Shown: piece after piece, positions 1 to 11,092 of the stretch | Numbering within the stretch: the first letter of the stretch is position 1 | How the letters are laid out: each line of letters begins with the position of its first letter | Assembly (NCBI GenBank): GCA_002840365.1 | Contig: PHAO01000001.1 | Span: 85,101 to 149,100, forward strand | DNA from: Candidatus Dojkabacteria bacterium HGW-Dojkabacteria-1 | GTDB lineage: Bacteria > Patescibacteriota > Dojkabacteria > SC72 | DNA length: 64,000 nucleotides | Direction of reading: 5' to 3' | Notes under the pieces: model-generated | The model's input: only the letters and a program-made list of their open reading frames with translations | Database searches by the model: none | What the model was told of the DNA's origin: nothing | Made by a program: the position numbers and the translations under genes

Positions 1-504
1 GAAGGGGAGATTGCTAGACTGGAAAATGATATTAAAGAATTAGCGCTAACAATAGACAAGGTGGAAGATGAAAAATTGGAAGTTCTTAACCAATTAAAAA
101 GAGCTTTAGCTGATTATCAAAATTTAGAAACTAATACTCAAAAGCGCCTTAACTTACTTTACCTTCAATCTAGAAAATCACTTGCTGAAAAACTAATACC
201 AATCGTTGATGATATGAGTATGGCAATAAAGGCAAAAGAAGAAGTAGAATTTAACCAACAATCGATATCTTGGGCAGATGGAGTTGTAGAACTTCTTAAC
301 AAACTAGAAAGAAGTTTAGAGGAAATAGGGTTGAAAAAATTTGTACCAGAAAAGGGAACAAATTTTGATCCTTCTGTACACGAAGCATTAACAGTAGTTG
401 AAAGTGATAAGGGGGGATTAATCTATGACGTAATCCAACCTGGATATATTTTAGACGATATCGTTATTCGGCCATCAAGAGTGGTCGTAACAAAGATTAA
501 ATAA
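1..504 (+). CDS. grpE: Nucleotide exchange factor GrpE (5' partial; frame open from base 1)
   Basis: RALADYQN, FDPSVHEA, QPGY...VIRPSRVVV motifs; directly upstream of dnaK. Confidence 0.95.
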   Translation, partial: EGEIARLENDIKELALTIDKVEDEKLEVLNQLKRALADYQNLETNTQKRLNLLYLQSRKSLAEKLIPIVDDMSMAIKAKEEVEFNQQSISWADGVVELLNKLERSLEEIGLKKFVPEKGTNFDPSVHEALTVVESDKGGLIYDVIQPGYILDDIVIRPSRVVVTKIK

Positions 505-523
505 ATTTTAATAAATAATTAAT

Positions 524-2416
524 ATGGGAAAAATAATAGGTATAGACTTGGGTACAACCAACAGTGCAATGGCGTATATGTCTGGTGGTAAACCTAATAT
601 AATTGCAAATTCACAAGGGGGAAGATTAACTCCATCCGTAGTTGCTGTTGATGATAAAGGGGAAACATTAGTAGGTTCTCCTGCAAAGAATCAGGCAGTA
701 ACAAATCCAGAGGGAACTGTTTACTCTGTAAAGAGATTAATAGGTAGATCTTGGAGTGACCCTGAAGTAAAAAAAGACAAAGAACTTTTACCATTTGAAA
801 TGAGAAAATCTAGTTCTGATGGTATCGAAGTGAAGATGGGAGATAAATGGTATACACCTCAGGAGATATCTGCAAAGATATTGGCCAAAATGAAAAAAGA
901 TGCGGAAGAATTCTTGGGTGAGAAAGTAACCGAAGCAGTTATTACAGTGCCGGCATACTTTGATGATTCTCAAAGACAAGCAACAAAAGATGCAGGAAAA
1001 ATTGCTGGTCTTGAAGTAAAGAGAATTGTAAACGAACCAACTGCTGCAGCTTTAGCATATGGATTAGATAGTAAAAAGGATGAAAAAATTGCAATCTTTG
1101 ACTTAGGTGGTGGAACATTTGATATCTCAATTTTAGAAATTGGAGATGGGGTATTTGAAGTACTCTCTACAAATGGAGATACACACTTGGGAGGAGATGA
1201 TTTTGATCAAAAGATAATTGATAAGCTTGCAAAAGATTTTGAAGATAAGGAGGGAGTTGATTTGAAAGAGGATAGAACTGCACTCCAAAGACTTAAGGAA
1301 GCAGCTGAAAAAGCAAAGATTGAACTCTCTACTTCCGAAGAGACAGAAATAAATATTCCATATATAACAGCTACATCAAGTGGACCAAAGCATCTTAAAG
1401 TATCAATGACTAGAGCAGATTTGGAGAAGTTAACAGTGGATTTAATAGAAAAGACTGTACAACCATGTAAAAAAGCTCTAAAGGATGCAAATTTAGAAAT
1501 AGGAGATATAGATGAGGTTTTACTAGTTGGAGGAATGACAAGAATGCCTGCTGTAGTTAAGAAAGTAAAAGAAATCTTTGGAAAAGAACCAAACAAGAGC
1601 GTTAACCCAGATGAAGTTGTCGCAATTGGAGCTGCAGTTCAAGGTGGTGTTCTTGGAGGAGATGTAAAAGATATTACGCTTTTAGATGTAACACCTCTTT
1701 CACTTGGATTGGAAACTTTAGGTGGTGTAATGACAAAATTGATAGAAAGAAACACTACAATCCCTGTTGAAAAGAAACAAATATTTAGTACCGCTGTAGA
1801 TAATCAACCAGGTGTTGAGATTCATGTTCTACAAGGAGAAAGAGAAATGGCATCAGACAACAAAACCTTGGGTAGATTTATACTAGATGGGATTCCACCT
1901 GCACCAAGAGGAGTTCCTCAAATTGAAGTAATCTTTGCAATTGATGCTAATGGTATCTTGAATGTAAATGCAAAAGATCTCGCAACAAACAAAGAGCAAA
2001 AGATAACGATTACTGCATCTACAGGACTTAAAGATGATGAAATAGAGAAGATGGTTGAAGAAGCAGCAAAACACGCTGAAGAAGATAAAAAGAAAAGACA
2101 AAGAGCTGAAAAGAGAAACAATGCAGACTCACTATGCTTCAATATAGAAAAACTTCTTGAAGAAAATGGAGATAAAATAGAAGAAGAGGAGAAGAAAGAG
2201 CTAAAGGAGGGAGTAGAAAGTGTAAAGAAGATTATTGAGAAAGATGACTTCGACGAAGAGAAGCTAGAAGAGGAAGTAGAAAAACTTACTAAGAAGATGC
2301 AAGAAGTAAGTAAAAAGATGTATGAGAAAGCAGCTTCTGAAAATAAACAGGAACCTGAAAAAGAAGAGGAAAAGAAGAAAGATGAAGAAGTAAAGGAGGG
2401 AGAAGTTGTAGAGTAA
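524..2416 (+). CDS. dnaK: Chaperone DnaK (Hsp70)
   Basis: [30 protein letters not shown] motifs. Confidence 0.99.
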   Translation: MGKIIGIDLGTTNSAMAYMSGGKPNIIANSQGGRLTPSVVAVDDKGETLVGSPAKNQAVTNPEGTVYSVKRLIGRSWSDPEVKKDKELLPFEMRKSSSDGIEVKMGDKWYTPQEISAKILAKMKKDAEEFLGEKVTEAVITVPAYFDDSQRQATKDAGKIAGLEVKRIVNEPTAAALAYGLDSKKDEKIAIFDLGGGTFDISILEIGDGVFEVLSTNGDTHLGGDDFDQKIIDKLAKDFEDKEGVDLKEDRTALQRLKEAAEKAKIELSTSEETEINIPYITATSSGPKHLKVSMTRADLEKLTVDLIEKTVQPCKKALKDANLEIGDIDEVLLVGGMTRMPAVVKKVKEIFGKEPNKSVNPDEVVAIGAAVQGGVLGGDVKDITLLDVTPLSLGLETLGGVMTKLIERNTTIPVEKKQIFSTAVDNQPGVEIHVLQGEREMASDNKTLGRFILDGIPPAPRGVPQIEVIFAIDANGILNVNAKDLATNKEQKITITASTGLKDDEIEKMVEEAAKHAEEDKKKRQRAEKRNNADSLCFNIEKLLEENGDKIEEEEKKELKEGVESVKKIIEKDDFDEEKLEEEVEKLTKKMQEVSKKMYEKAASENKQEPEKEEEKKKDEEVKEGEVVE

Positions 2417-2423
2417 TACTAGT

Positions 2424-2452
2424 GGGGGGCTTTGCCCCCCTCTTTTATTTTT
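2424..2452 (+). terminator. Intrinsic terminator after dnaK
   Basis: GGGGGGC-TTT-GCCCCCC hairpin followed by TCTTTTATTTTT. Confidence 0.9.
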
Positions 2453-2496
2453 GCTAAGATTGTTACAAGTAAATAATTATTTATCTGCCCTAAAAT

Positions 2497-4791
2497 ATGT
2501 TGACTAATAATTCTAAGACTAATGTTACTTCCAGTGGCATGGACCTTTCTTTTTTTCAAAGACAGTTCTTTTACATTTTACTATTCTTTCTTCCTTGGTT
2601 TGTTCTACCTTTGCCTTGGGATCCTACTGAAAGTATTCGAGTAACATTCTTTCTTATAATTTCAGCAATTGTAATTCTTCTTGAGGTTGTTAAATGGATT
2701 TGGGATGGCAAGATTGCTATTTATAAATCCGTATTAGATAAAGCTTTTCTCCTTTTATTCCTATCTTTTATAATTTCTACAATATTTGCCATTGATAGAT
2801 GGGGTGCTGTATGGGGTTTTGATGGAAGACTTGGTATGGGTATTATTTCAATGTCAGTATTCCTAACCTTTATTTTCCTCTCAAGGAGTTTTTTAAATGG
2901 TAAGAAATATATTGTTAAATCCGTTGAGATACTGATGTTTGGTCTTTCAATCCTTATTATTCTCAGCCTAATATCTTTCTTTAAAGTAAATATCTTTGGT
3001 TGGATTCCAATATTTAAAAACTTTTTTGTAGTAGGTTTACCATTAACCTTCTATTCTAAAGAATTAGTCCTTATTGCCTCTGGGTTAATACTGTTATCTG
3101 TATATTTAGTAATAAACTATCTTAGAGAAAAGAAATACCAAAAAGTTCTTTTACCTTTTCTTGCTATGGTAGGTGGTTTCTTAACAATACCGATGTTCTC
3201 AATTAATCAGGGAATTGCACTTCCAATTTTAATCTTTGTAGCTCTTGCATTTACTGCACTGCTTCTCTTTATGAAATTAGAAAAGAGCTTAAGATTCTTA
3301 CCTGCATTGATAGGAATTCTAGCGATTCTTTCTACAGTCTTTGCAATAGGGTTGCAGTATGATTCCTTTAAAGACTCTTTGTTAGGAAAATCTTTTGAGG
3401 CTGTAACTCCAATACAATTAGCTTCTGATATCTCATGGTCAGTATCTAGTAGAGTAATTGTTGAAGATTTTTTTAGAGGATTAGTTGGTTTTGGAAATGA
3501 ATCTTTCCCAATTGCATATAGCTTGTTTAAACCTGCAGCACAATCAACACTCTCTCTCTCAAATGTCAGCTTTATTACTTCTTCAAGTGAAATATTTACA
3601 ACACTTGCAACAAGAGGAATCATAGGTGTTGCAATATGGATTCTATTAGGTGTTGTATTGATAAAGACATTAATAAGTGATTTAACTACCCAAAATAGTG
3701 AAGACTCGTTAGTACTATCTATTTTGCAAATCTCTACATTAGTTCTGTATCTCGGTTCCTTCTTCGTATCATACTCATTCCTTTTGTATTTTGTCTTTGG
3801 AATCTTTGCACTTCTCTCTTTGATGAATAGGAACATCCAAAGTAAAAATGAGGAACAGTTTTTACTAAAATTCTGGGCTGTTAATGTAGGTGGAGTATCA
3901 CAAAATATCGCAAAAACAATAAATAGTGTTAATTGGTTCTTAACTTCATTGATAATAGTATTGGTATTTGCTGGATTACTCGGACTCGGTTCAAAATTTG
4001 TATCTTTGATGTATGTTGCAAGAGCAGAAGCATTTGCAGCTGAAGAAACAAAGAAGTACACAAGTGAAGAGGAAATCACACTTGAAGTAAGAGAAGAATT
4101 TTTTAACAACCTAATATCTTACTACTTTAGAGCTCTTAAATATGATAATTCAAATCCTGTCGCAAACAGAAAAGCAAGTACAACAGCCATAGAAATTATG
4201 AATGTATTAAGTGAAATCTATCAGAAATCATCTGAAGAAGAAAAGAGTTCAATTCTTTCAGAGATTTCAAGTTGGAAAAATACAGCAATTGATTTATCTA
4301 GAGAGGCGATTACAACTTCTCCTTACAACTATTCAAACTGGTATGTTAGATCAAGTGTATATATAGGTTTCCTTTCGATAGGGCTTTCTGATTATAGCGA
4401 AGATGCACTCTTTGCTCTTCAAAGATGTGTAAATCTTAATCCTTTAGATTTTGAATCGTACTATCGTGCTGGGCAGATTTACATGATTAAAGAAGACTAT
4501 GAGAAAGCACTTGCAGCATTTGATGGTGGTCTTAGAATAAATGGCCAGCATGTACCATCTCTCGTTCTCTCTGCAAGAATACTAAGCGAGAATGGTGATG
4601 TAAAAACAGCAGTCGGTTATCTTGAAGCCGCGAAGAGAATAATGGAAGTAAACAAGCTTCAAACTGATCCTATGTATGAAAGTATAGTAGAAGCCTTAAA
4701 AGAATTTAATGCAAATTCTAATCAAGGTAGCGAAACTTTGAAAGAAATAGGGGAGGATGATTTAACCGAGGATCTCACACCAAGAGATTAA
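2497..4791 (+). CDS. Polytopic membrane protein, O-antigen ligase/oligosaccharyltransferase-like, with C-terminal TPRs
   Basis: About 12 hydrophobic segments, loop GFGNESFPIAY...LATRGIIG resembling Wzy_C, C-terminal TPR-like repeats (YYRAGQIY...YEKAL). Confidence 0.6.
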   Translation: MLTNNSKTNVTSSGMDLSFFQRQFFYILLFFLPWFVLPLPWDPTESIRVTFFLIISAIVILLEVVKWIWDGKIAIYKSVLDKAFLLLFLSFIISTIFAIDRWGAVWGFDGRLGMGIISMSVFLTFIFLSRSFLNGKKYIVKSVEILMFGLSILIILSLISFFKVNIFGWIPIFKNFFVVGLPLTFYSKELVLIASGLILLSVYLVINYLREKKYQKVLLPFLAMVGGFLTIPMFSINQGIALPILIFVALAFTALLLFMKLEKSLRFLPALIGILAILSTVFAIGLQYDSFKDSLLGKSFEAVTPIQLASDISWSVSSRVIVEDFFRGLVGFGNESFPIAYSLFKPAAQSTLSLSNVSFITSSSEIFTTLATRGIIGVAIWILLGVVLIKTLISDLTTQNSEDSLVLSILQISTLVLYLGSFFVSYSFLLYFVFGIFALLSLMNRNIQSKNEEQFLLKFWAVNVGGVSQNIAKTINSVNWFLTSLIIVLVFAGLLGLGSKFVSLMYVARAEAFAAEETKKYTSEEEITLEVREEFFNNLISYYFRALKYDNSNPVANRKASTTAIEIMNVLSEIYQKSSEEEKSSILSEISSWKNTAIDLSREAITTSPYNYSNWYVRSSVYIGFLSIGLSDYSEDALFALQRCVNLNPLDFESYYRAGQIYMIKEDYEKALAAFDGGLRINGQHVPSLVLSARILSENGDVKTAVGYLEAAKRIMEVNKLQTDPMYESIVEALKEFNANSNQGSETLKEIGEDDLTEDLTPRD

Positions 4792-5282
4792 AAGATTGTT
4801 ATCAAGAAAATCTTCTTAAAAGAGGCTCTATTTATTCTAGTAATTAACTCTTCTTTATCTTGAATCCTTTCTCCTACAAAGGATAGCGTTTCAGAATGGT
4901 TATCATTTAATAGCATACTAGATAAATATCTATCCAAGGAACAATTAGAAATTGGTTCTATTCGAAACTTTGTATCTAATTTTGAGAACCTACTAAACAA
5001 TTCCTCCAATAATAATATGTAAATTGAAAAAAGATTACTCTTCTTTTTTGAGTCGAAGATGCTCTTATATTTTTTTGAAAGATTCCATCCATGAATCCAA
5101 TAAATATCTTTATTAATATCTAAGCAATTCTTATGAATATATCCATTATTACTCAACTTGTTGCAGAGAAGACAAGTAGGTAAAGCTTTGGGAATTTTAG
5201 TTAGGCATTGATTACAAATATCAAACCCAACTCGAGAACATATAATGCATTGTTTAGGAAAAAACAGATCAATCAAATTCAT
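4788..5282 (-). CDS. ComF-like protein with N-terminal double zinc ribbon; PRTase part degenerate
   Basis: LFFPKQCIIC...ICNQC...CLLC...HKNC N-terminus typical of ComF; no DDVxTTG motif. Confidence 0.6.
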   Translation of the reverse strand: MNLIDLFFPKQCIICSRVGFDICNQCLTKIPKALPTCLLCNKLSNNGYIHKNCLDINKDIYWIHGWNLSKKYKSIFDSKKKSNLFSIYILLLEELFSRFSKLDTKFRIEPISNCSLDRYLSSMLLNDNHSETLSFVGERIQDKEELITRINRASFKKIFLITIF

Positions 5283-5380
5283 ACTAAAATGTTACCCTAT
5301 CTTTATTAAAAAGATTTGATAATTATTCTCTTTTACATTATGATATTATTCGCTAATTAGATATAGTTTGTTATTTTATA

Positions 5381-7153
5381 GTGATAAAGAAAAACAGTGT
5401 CTTTACAGTAATGTTCATCCTCCTTTTGACCAAGATTTTAGGATTTTGGAAATTAAGAATCTTTGCACAATTGTTCGGTGCATCGCATGAGCTCGATATA
5501 TTTTGGGCCGCATTTACAATCCCCGACATTATCTTCATGGTACTTGTTGCTGGATCAATTAATGCTGCAATAATTCCAATACTTTCAGATGTTCTCTATG
5601 ACAAAGGGAAGGAAAGCTTTAATAAGCTCTTTCAACAGTTAACAGTCATATTCTTTGGTCTGTCATTCTTTGTACTGTTAACAGTACTACTTTTTGCACC
5701 ACAGATTACTACTTGGATAGTATCAAATGAGTATGCACAAAGTCTCTTTAATATGTCTTACAGAATATCGACAGATGATTATGACCTCTTTATCAAACTC
5801 TTCAGAATTGGCTTACTCTCTCCTCTCTTTCTTAGTGTTAGTGGATTTGTCACAGCATATTTACAGGTAAGAAAGCAGTTCTTTGTAACTTCTCTAGCAC
5901 CTCTTTTCTACAATGTATCAATGGTTATTGGTACATATTTATTAGTAAATTACACATCATGGGGAGTAGAGGGTATTGCTATCTCTGCAGTTATTGGTTC
6001 AGTTATTCACTTAATAGTTCAATTACCATTACTTCTTAAATACTACAAAGAAGATAATTCTAAAGTTATCGATCTCAAGGGTATATTCAAAGAACCAAAT
6101 GTCCTTAGAGCATTTAAACTTGCATTACCAAGAATGTTAGGAGTCTTAGGGGAGCAATTCAATACTATTGTAAACACCTTTATCAGTTTTACTCTTGCTG
6201 CGGGTACACTTAGTGCATATAGATTTGCATACAGTCTTCATCTCTTTCCAATCAACATTATCGGTAGTGCTGTTGCCCAAGTTGCATTACCAGACTTAGC
6301 CAAATACTGCTGTAAAAACGAAGATGACAATTTTAAAAAGGTATTTAACGATTCAATACAGCTTTCGCTGTATTTAGTTTTTCCAATAGTGGCAATCATG
6401 TTCGTACTTAGACTCCCCATCGTTCGTTTGATTTACGGTACAGGTGCTTTTGACTGGAATGATACCATCATTACGGCATGGACATTAGCATTACTTTCAA
6501 TATCAGTAATAGGGCAAACGGTAGTACAAATTATCCTTAGAGCCTTCTATGCTCTTAAAGATACATGGATGCCTTTAATTGCAATTACAGTAGGAATTGT
6601 AATAAATCTTTTTGGAGCATATCTTTTTACCAACTTCTTTAGTCATTACTACGACTGGAGACCAATATTAGAACAAGTTTGGATTCAGGTAGCCCAAGCA
6701 AATGGTGATGGGGTTGTATCTGTACTTAAATCATTCTTAGGGGACCTTCTTAAATGGATGACAACAAGAGGAGACTCTAGACTCGCAGTAGGTGGTCTAG
6801 CATTAAGTCTAAGTCTCTCTTACCTGGTACAGATGGTTTTAGCATCTCTTCTACTTAATAGAAAGAAAAAAGTAATATCATGGAATGAAACTTTGTATCC
6901 TACTCTTCTTAAAATTCTTAATACCCTAGTTATGATGCTTGGAATGTATTTTGTGTTTAGACTGTTTGATTTCCAACTTGATACTAGTAGAACTGTATAT
7001 GTAATTGTATTGACTGTCCTAACTGCCGCATATGGAGGTATTTCATACCTAGTAGGATCAAAAATCTTTTCTCCAGAAGAATTTGTAAAGGTCGAGAATA
7101 TGCTTAGAAATTTTACGAAAAGATTTACCAATGGTAATAACTTAAATCCATAA
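5381..7153 (+). CDS. murJ: Lipid II flippase MurJ (MviN)
   Basis: KILGF..LR.FAQLFGA...DIFWAAFTIPD, LRAFYALKDT.MP motifs; multi-TM. Confidence 0.9.
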   Translation: MIKKNSVFTVMFILLLTKILGFWKLRIFAQLFGASHELDIFWAAFTIPDIIFMVLVAGSINAAIIPILSDVLYDKGKESFNKLFQQLTVIFFGLSFFVLLTVLLFAPQITTWIVSNEYAQSLFNMSYRISTDDYDLFIKLFRIGLLSPLFLSVSGFVTAYLQVRKQFFVTSLAPLFYNVSMVIGTYLLVNYTSWGVEGIAISAVIGSVIHLIVQLPLLLKYYKEDNSKVIDLKGIFKEPNVLRAFKLALPRMLGVLGEQFNTIVNTFISFTLAAGTLSAYRFAYSLHLFPINIIGSAVAQVALPDLAKYCCKNEDDNFKKVFNDSIQLSLYLVFPIVAIMFVLRLPIVRLIYGTGAFDWNDTIITAWTLALLSISVIGQTVVQIILRAFYALKDTWMPLIAITVGIVINLFGAYLFTNFFSHYYDWRPILEQVWIQVAQANGDGVVSVLKSFLGDLLKWMTTRGDSRLAVGGLALSLSLSYLVQMVLASLLLNRKKKVISWNETLYPTLLKILNTLVMMLGMYFVFRLFDFQLDTSRTVYVIVLTVLTAAYGGISYLVGSKIFSPEEFVKVENMLRNFTKRFTNGNNLNP

Positions 7154-7156
7154 AAG

Positions 7157-7759
7157 GTGAAAAAATTTCTTAAAATATCAATTTCAATACTCCTCTTTTT
7201 TGTACTTTTAACAGGGCTTGTATCCTTTCTTTTAATTCATAATTACAATACTTGGGAAAAAAGATTTGAGAGAAATATCTATGAAAACAATCTTGCCATC
7301 CTCCCATATGAATCTGATGGTTCTGTTGAAATGAAAATTGCGAAGTTCACCCTATCTAATGAAAATACTGAAAGTTTAATACTTTCTCCATATGAACTCT
7401 CAAATCTAATACTCCTTACTTCAAAAGGATATTTAGACAAAGAGATTACTGTAAGAAGGGTATATATTGAACCTGGGAATTTTAGATGGAATATATATAT
7501 GGAATTTGTTTACAAGAGATACTCTGTATGGTTTTCGGTGGATATAAACAAGGATGATATGCAAACAGTACAGCTTTACATTACCGATATTAAATTAGGA
7601 AATTACTCACTAGGAAGATATTTTGATTTGGTGTATCAAATTAATACAGGTATAGCTAACTCAATACTAACAGTAAATGAAAATGGATTCTCAGGAAGAT
7701 ATCTTGAAAATATTGAATTAATGGAAGACAAGATTGTTGTAAAAGGTTCTAGATATTGA
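7157..7759 (+). CDS. Hypothetical protein with N-terminal TM anchor
   Basis: 200-aa ORF 3 bp after murJ; hydrophobic N-terminus. Confidence 0.7.
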   Translation: MKKFLKISISILLFFVLLTGLVSFLLIHNYNTWEKRFERNIYENNLAILPYESDGSVEMKIAKFTLSNENTESLILSPYELSNLILLTSKGYLDKEITVRRVYIEPGNFRWNIYMEFVYKRYSVWFSVDINKDDMQTVQLYITDIKLGNYSLGRYFDLVYQINTGIANSILTVNENGFSGRYLENIELMEDKIVVKGSRY

Positions 7760-7784
7760 CAATCTTTTACTCTATCTTTAAAAT
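7756..7784 (+). promoter_or_regulatory. Sigma70-type promoter of groESL
   Basis: TTGACA (7756-7761), 17 nt, TAAAAT (7779-7784). Confidence 0.85.
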
Positions 7785-7786
7785 CA

Positions 7787-7813
7787 TTAGCAGTCGCTTT
7801 TAATATTTGCTAA
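7787..7813 (+). promoter_or_regulatory. CIRCE-like HrcA operator upstream of groES
   Basis: TTAGCAGTC-N9-ATTTGCTAA versus consensus TTAGCACTC-N9-GAGTGCTAA, just downstream of the -10 box. Confidence 0.8.
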
Positions 7814-7835
7814 ATAATTTGTTAGATATATTAAT

Positions 7836-8138
7836 ATGTCTAGTGAGATAAAAATTGTTCCATTAGGTAATAGAGTTGTTGTAAAGCCTCAGGATGTACA
7901 AGAAAAAACTCCTGGAGGTCTTGTAATTCCACCAAGTGCTAATGATGAAAAAAGACCTGCATTTGGTAAGGTTGTTAAGTTAGGAACTGGTAAAGATAAA
8001 GAAGGAAAAGCATTGAAATTTGACGTCAAAGTTGGTGATTTAGTGTATTTTAAAAAATATTCTCCAGAAGAAATAGAAGTTGAGAATCAAGAATATTACA
8101 TTCTTGATGCAGAGGATATTCTCGCTATCGTTAAATAG
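7836..8138 (+). CDS. groES: Co-chaperonin GroES
   Basis: PLGNRVVVK, KTPGGLVIP, VKVGD motifs. Confidence 0.98.
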   Translation: MSSEIKIVPLGNRVVVKPQDVQEKTPGGLVIPPSANDEKRPAFGKVVKLGTGKDKEGKALKFDVKVGDLVYFKKYSPEEIEVENQEYYILDAEDILAIVK

Positions 8139-8148
8139 ACTAGTTTAA

Positions 8149-9786
<1,638 letters not shown>

Positions 9787-9804
9787 TCATTCAGTTAGTA
9801 AATG

Positions 9805-9830
9805 AACCCCGGTTTAGTCCGGGGTTTTTC
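9805..9830 (+). terminator. Intrinsic terminator between groEL and the convergent LexA-like gene
   Basis: AACCCCGG-TTTAGT-CCGGGGTT hairpin followed by T-rich tract. Confidence 0.88.
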
Positions 9831-9831
9831 T

Positions 9832-10467
9832 TTATAATTTGATTACATCTACGACTTTTCCTGCAGCAAAGAAATTATCTTCTTCGTGCAAAATAATTGG
9901 TAAATATTCATCCGTAGATTCTGAGATTAAAGCCGCCTGAGAGGAGTCTTCTAATAAAGTGAATTTTTTGATGTTGGCAAAATCTTCTATTACTGAAAGA
10001 ACATAATCGCCATTCTGTACATCTTTATCTCTTGGGTCGATGACGACTAGGTCGCCGTCTTCAATGTTTCTATTGTTTGCTCCAACTTTCGCCATATTCA
10101 TAGAATTTCCAGTTGCTTTTACAAGATACAATCCTTCAATATTCATCTTAGGTAAGAAGTTTCTAGAAATTTTTATATACCCTTGAATCTTATCTTCTGC
10201 GAAGATGGATGCAGGTCCACAGGTAGCTAATCCATAGTAGGGAAGTGTTGCAAAGTGAATGTTTTCTGTGCTTTTTTTGTTAAGAATAAGATTGTCATTT
10301 TGTATTATCACAAGGTTGTTATCAAGAAGCTTATTTATGTGGTGTTTTACTGTCTGTGGGTACCTTTCTCCTATGCGTCTTCCAATCTCCCTGTAGCGAA
10401 GGGGTACTGATCCCTGATCCTTAAGGAGGTTTATTATTTTCTTTTGAATTGGATGGAATTGGGTCAT
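9832..10467 (-). CDS. LexA-like repressor (N-terminal wHTH + S24 autopeptidase)
   Basis: YREIGRRIG...TVKHHINKL HTH; LPYYGLATCG cleavage region; GNSM catalytic Ser; NIKKF catalytic Lys. Confidence 0.88.
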   Translation of the reverse strand: MTQFHPIQKKIINLLKDQGSVPLRYREIGRRIGERYPQTVKHHINKLLDNNLVIIQNDNLILNKKSTENIHFATLPYYGLATCGPASIFAEDKIQGYIKISRNFLPKMNIEGLYLVKATGNSMNMAKVGANNRNIEDGDLVVIDPRDKDVQNGDYVLSVIEDFANIKKFTLLEDSSQAALISESTDEYLPIILHEEDNFFAAGKVVDVIKL

Positions 10468-10481
10468 TTTTATTTAAAGGT

Positions 10482-10510
10482 ATTATACCAGCCACTTACT
10501 AAGCGTGCAA
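10482..10510 (-). promoter_or_regulatory. Leftward promoter of the LexA-like gene
   Basis: Minus strand TTGCAC, 17 nt, TATAAT with TG extended -10. Confidence 0.75.
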
Positions 10511-10541
10511 GTAGTAGCAGGTGTTGAAGTTGTATAAATCG

Positions 10542-10570
10542 TTGACAACCGTCTTTAAATCAATTAGAAT
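10542..10570 (+). promoter_or_regulatory. Rightward promoter of the small basic protein/GIY-YIG pair
   Basis: TTGACA (10542-10547), 17 nt, TAGAAT (10565-10570). Confidence 0.8.
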
Positions 10571-10605
10571 GTATTTATCAATATTTAATTTGAGTTTTTA
10601 GTTAG

Positions 10606-10749
10606 ATGGCAAAAAAAGTAACGAGTAAAAGAGTTGCAAAGATATCATCAAAAATACTTAGAGATGGTAGAACTTCTAAAAAAAGTAAAGCCGCAGCCGG
10701 TTCAGCTCTTAGTCAAAGAGAAAAAACTAGATCAAGAAAAAGGAAATAA
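10606..10749 (+). CDS. 47-aa Lys/Arg/Ser-rich protein, absent from ORF track (MAKKVTSKRVAKISSKILRDGRTSKKSKAAAGSALSQREKTRSRKRK)
   Basis: Translated by hand from ATG 10606 to TAA 10749; follows a consensus promoter and fills the gap before 10774. Confidence 0.78.
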   Translation: MAKKVTSKRVAKISSKILRDGRTSKKSKAAAGSALSQREKTRSRKRK

Positions 10750-10773
10750 CTTAATTTAAAAGCTTTTAATATT

Positions 10774-11082
10774 ATGAGTATCCAGATAGGAAATTATAGG
10801 TTCGAAGGACCATATTTACAAATCAGTAATTTAGAAGGTAAATCAGGTGTTTATGTTATATTGACAGGAATTGCAGACAAGAGATATCGAGTCATAGATA
10901 TTGGAGAATCTGCAGATATTTGGACCAGGATTACATGCCATGACAGAAAAAGCTGCTGGGAAAGGAATGTTTTTCCAGGTAGTTTTATTACATTTGCTGT
11001 TTTATATTGCAATGAAAATGATAGGGTTCAAATTGAAAAAGCGCTCAGAAATGCATATGAACCTACTTGTGGAGAAATTTAG
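10774..11082 (+). CDS. Small stand-alone GIY-YIG-like nuclease domain protein
   Basis: SGVYVI...IDIGES..I.TR...HDR...IE..L...Y.P.C pattern of the GIY-YIG fold. Confidence 0.7.
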   Translation: MSIQIGNYRFEGPYLQISNLEGKSGVYVILTGIADKRYRVIDIGESADIWTRITCHDRKSCWERNVFPGSFITFAVLYCNENDRVQIEKALRNAYEPTCGEI

Positions 11083-11092
11083 GAATTTGTAT

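Noticed and set aside
7757-7759. UGA recoding (code 25) as in Gracilibacteria/Absconditabacteria
   Set aside because: TGA ends this ORF, Trp/Gly use standard codons, and conserved genes are uninterrupted under code 11
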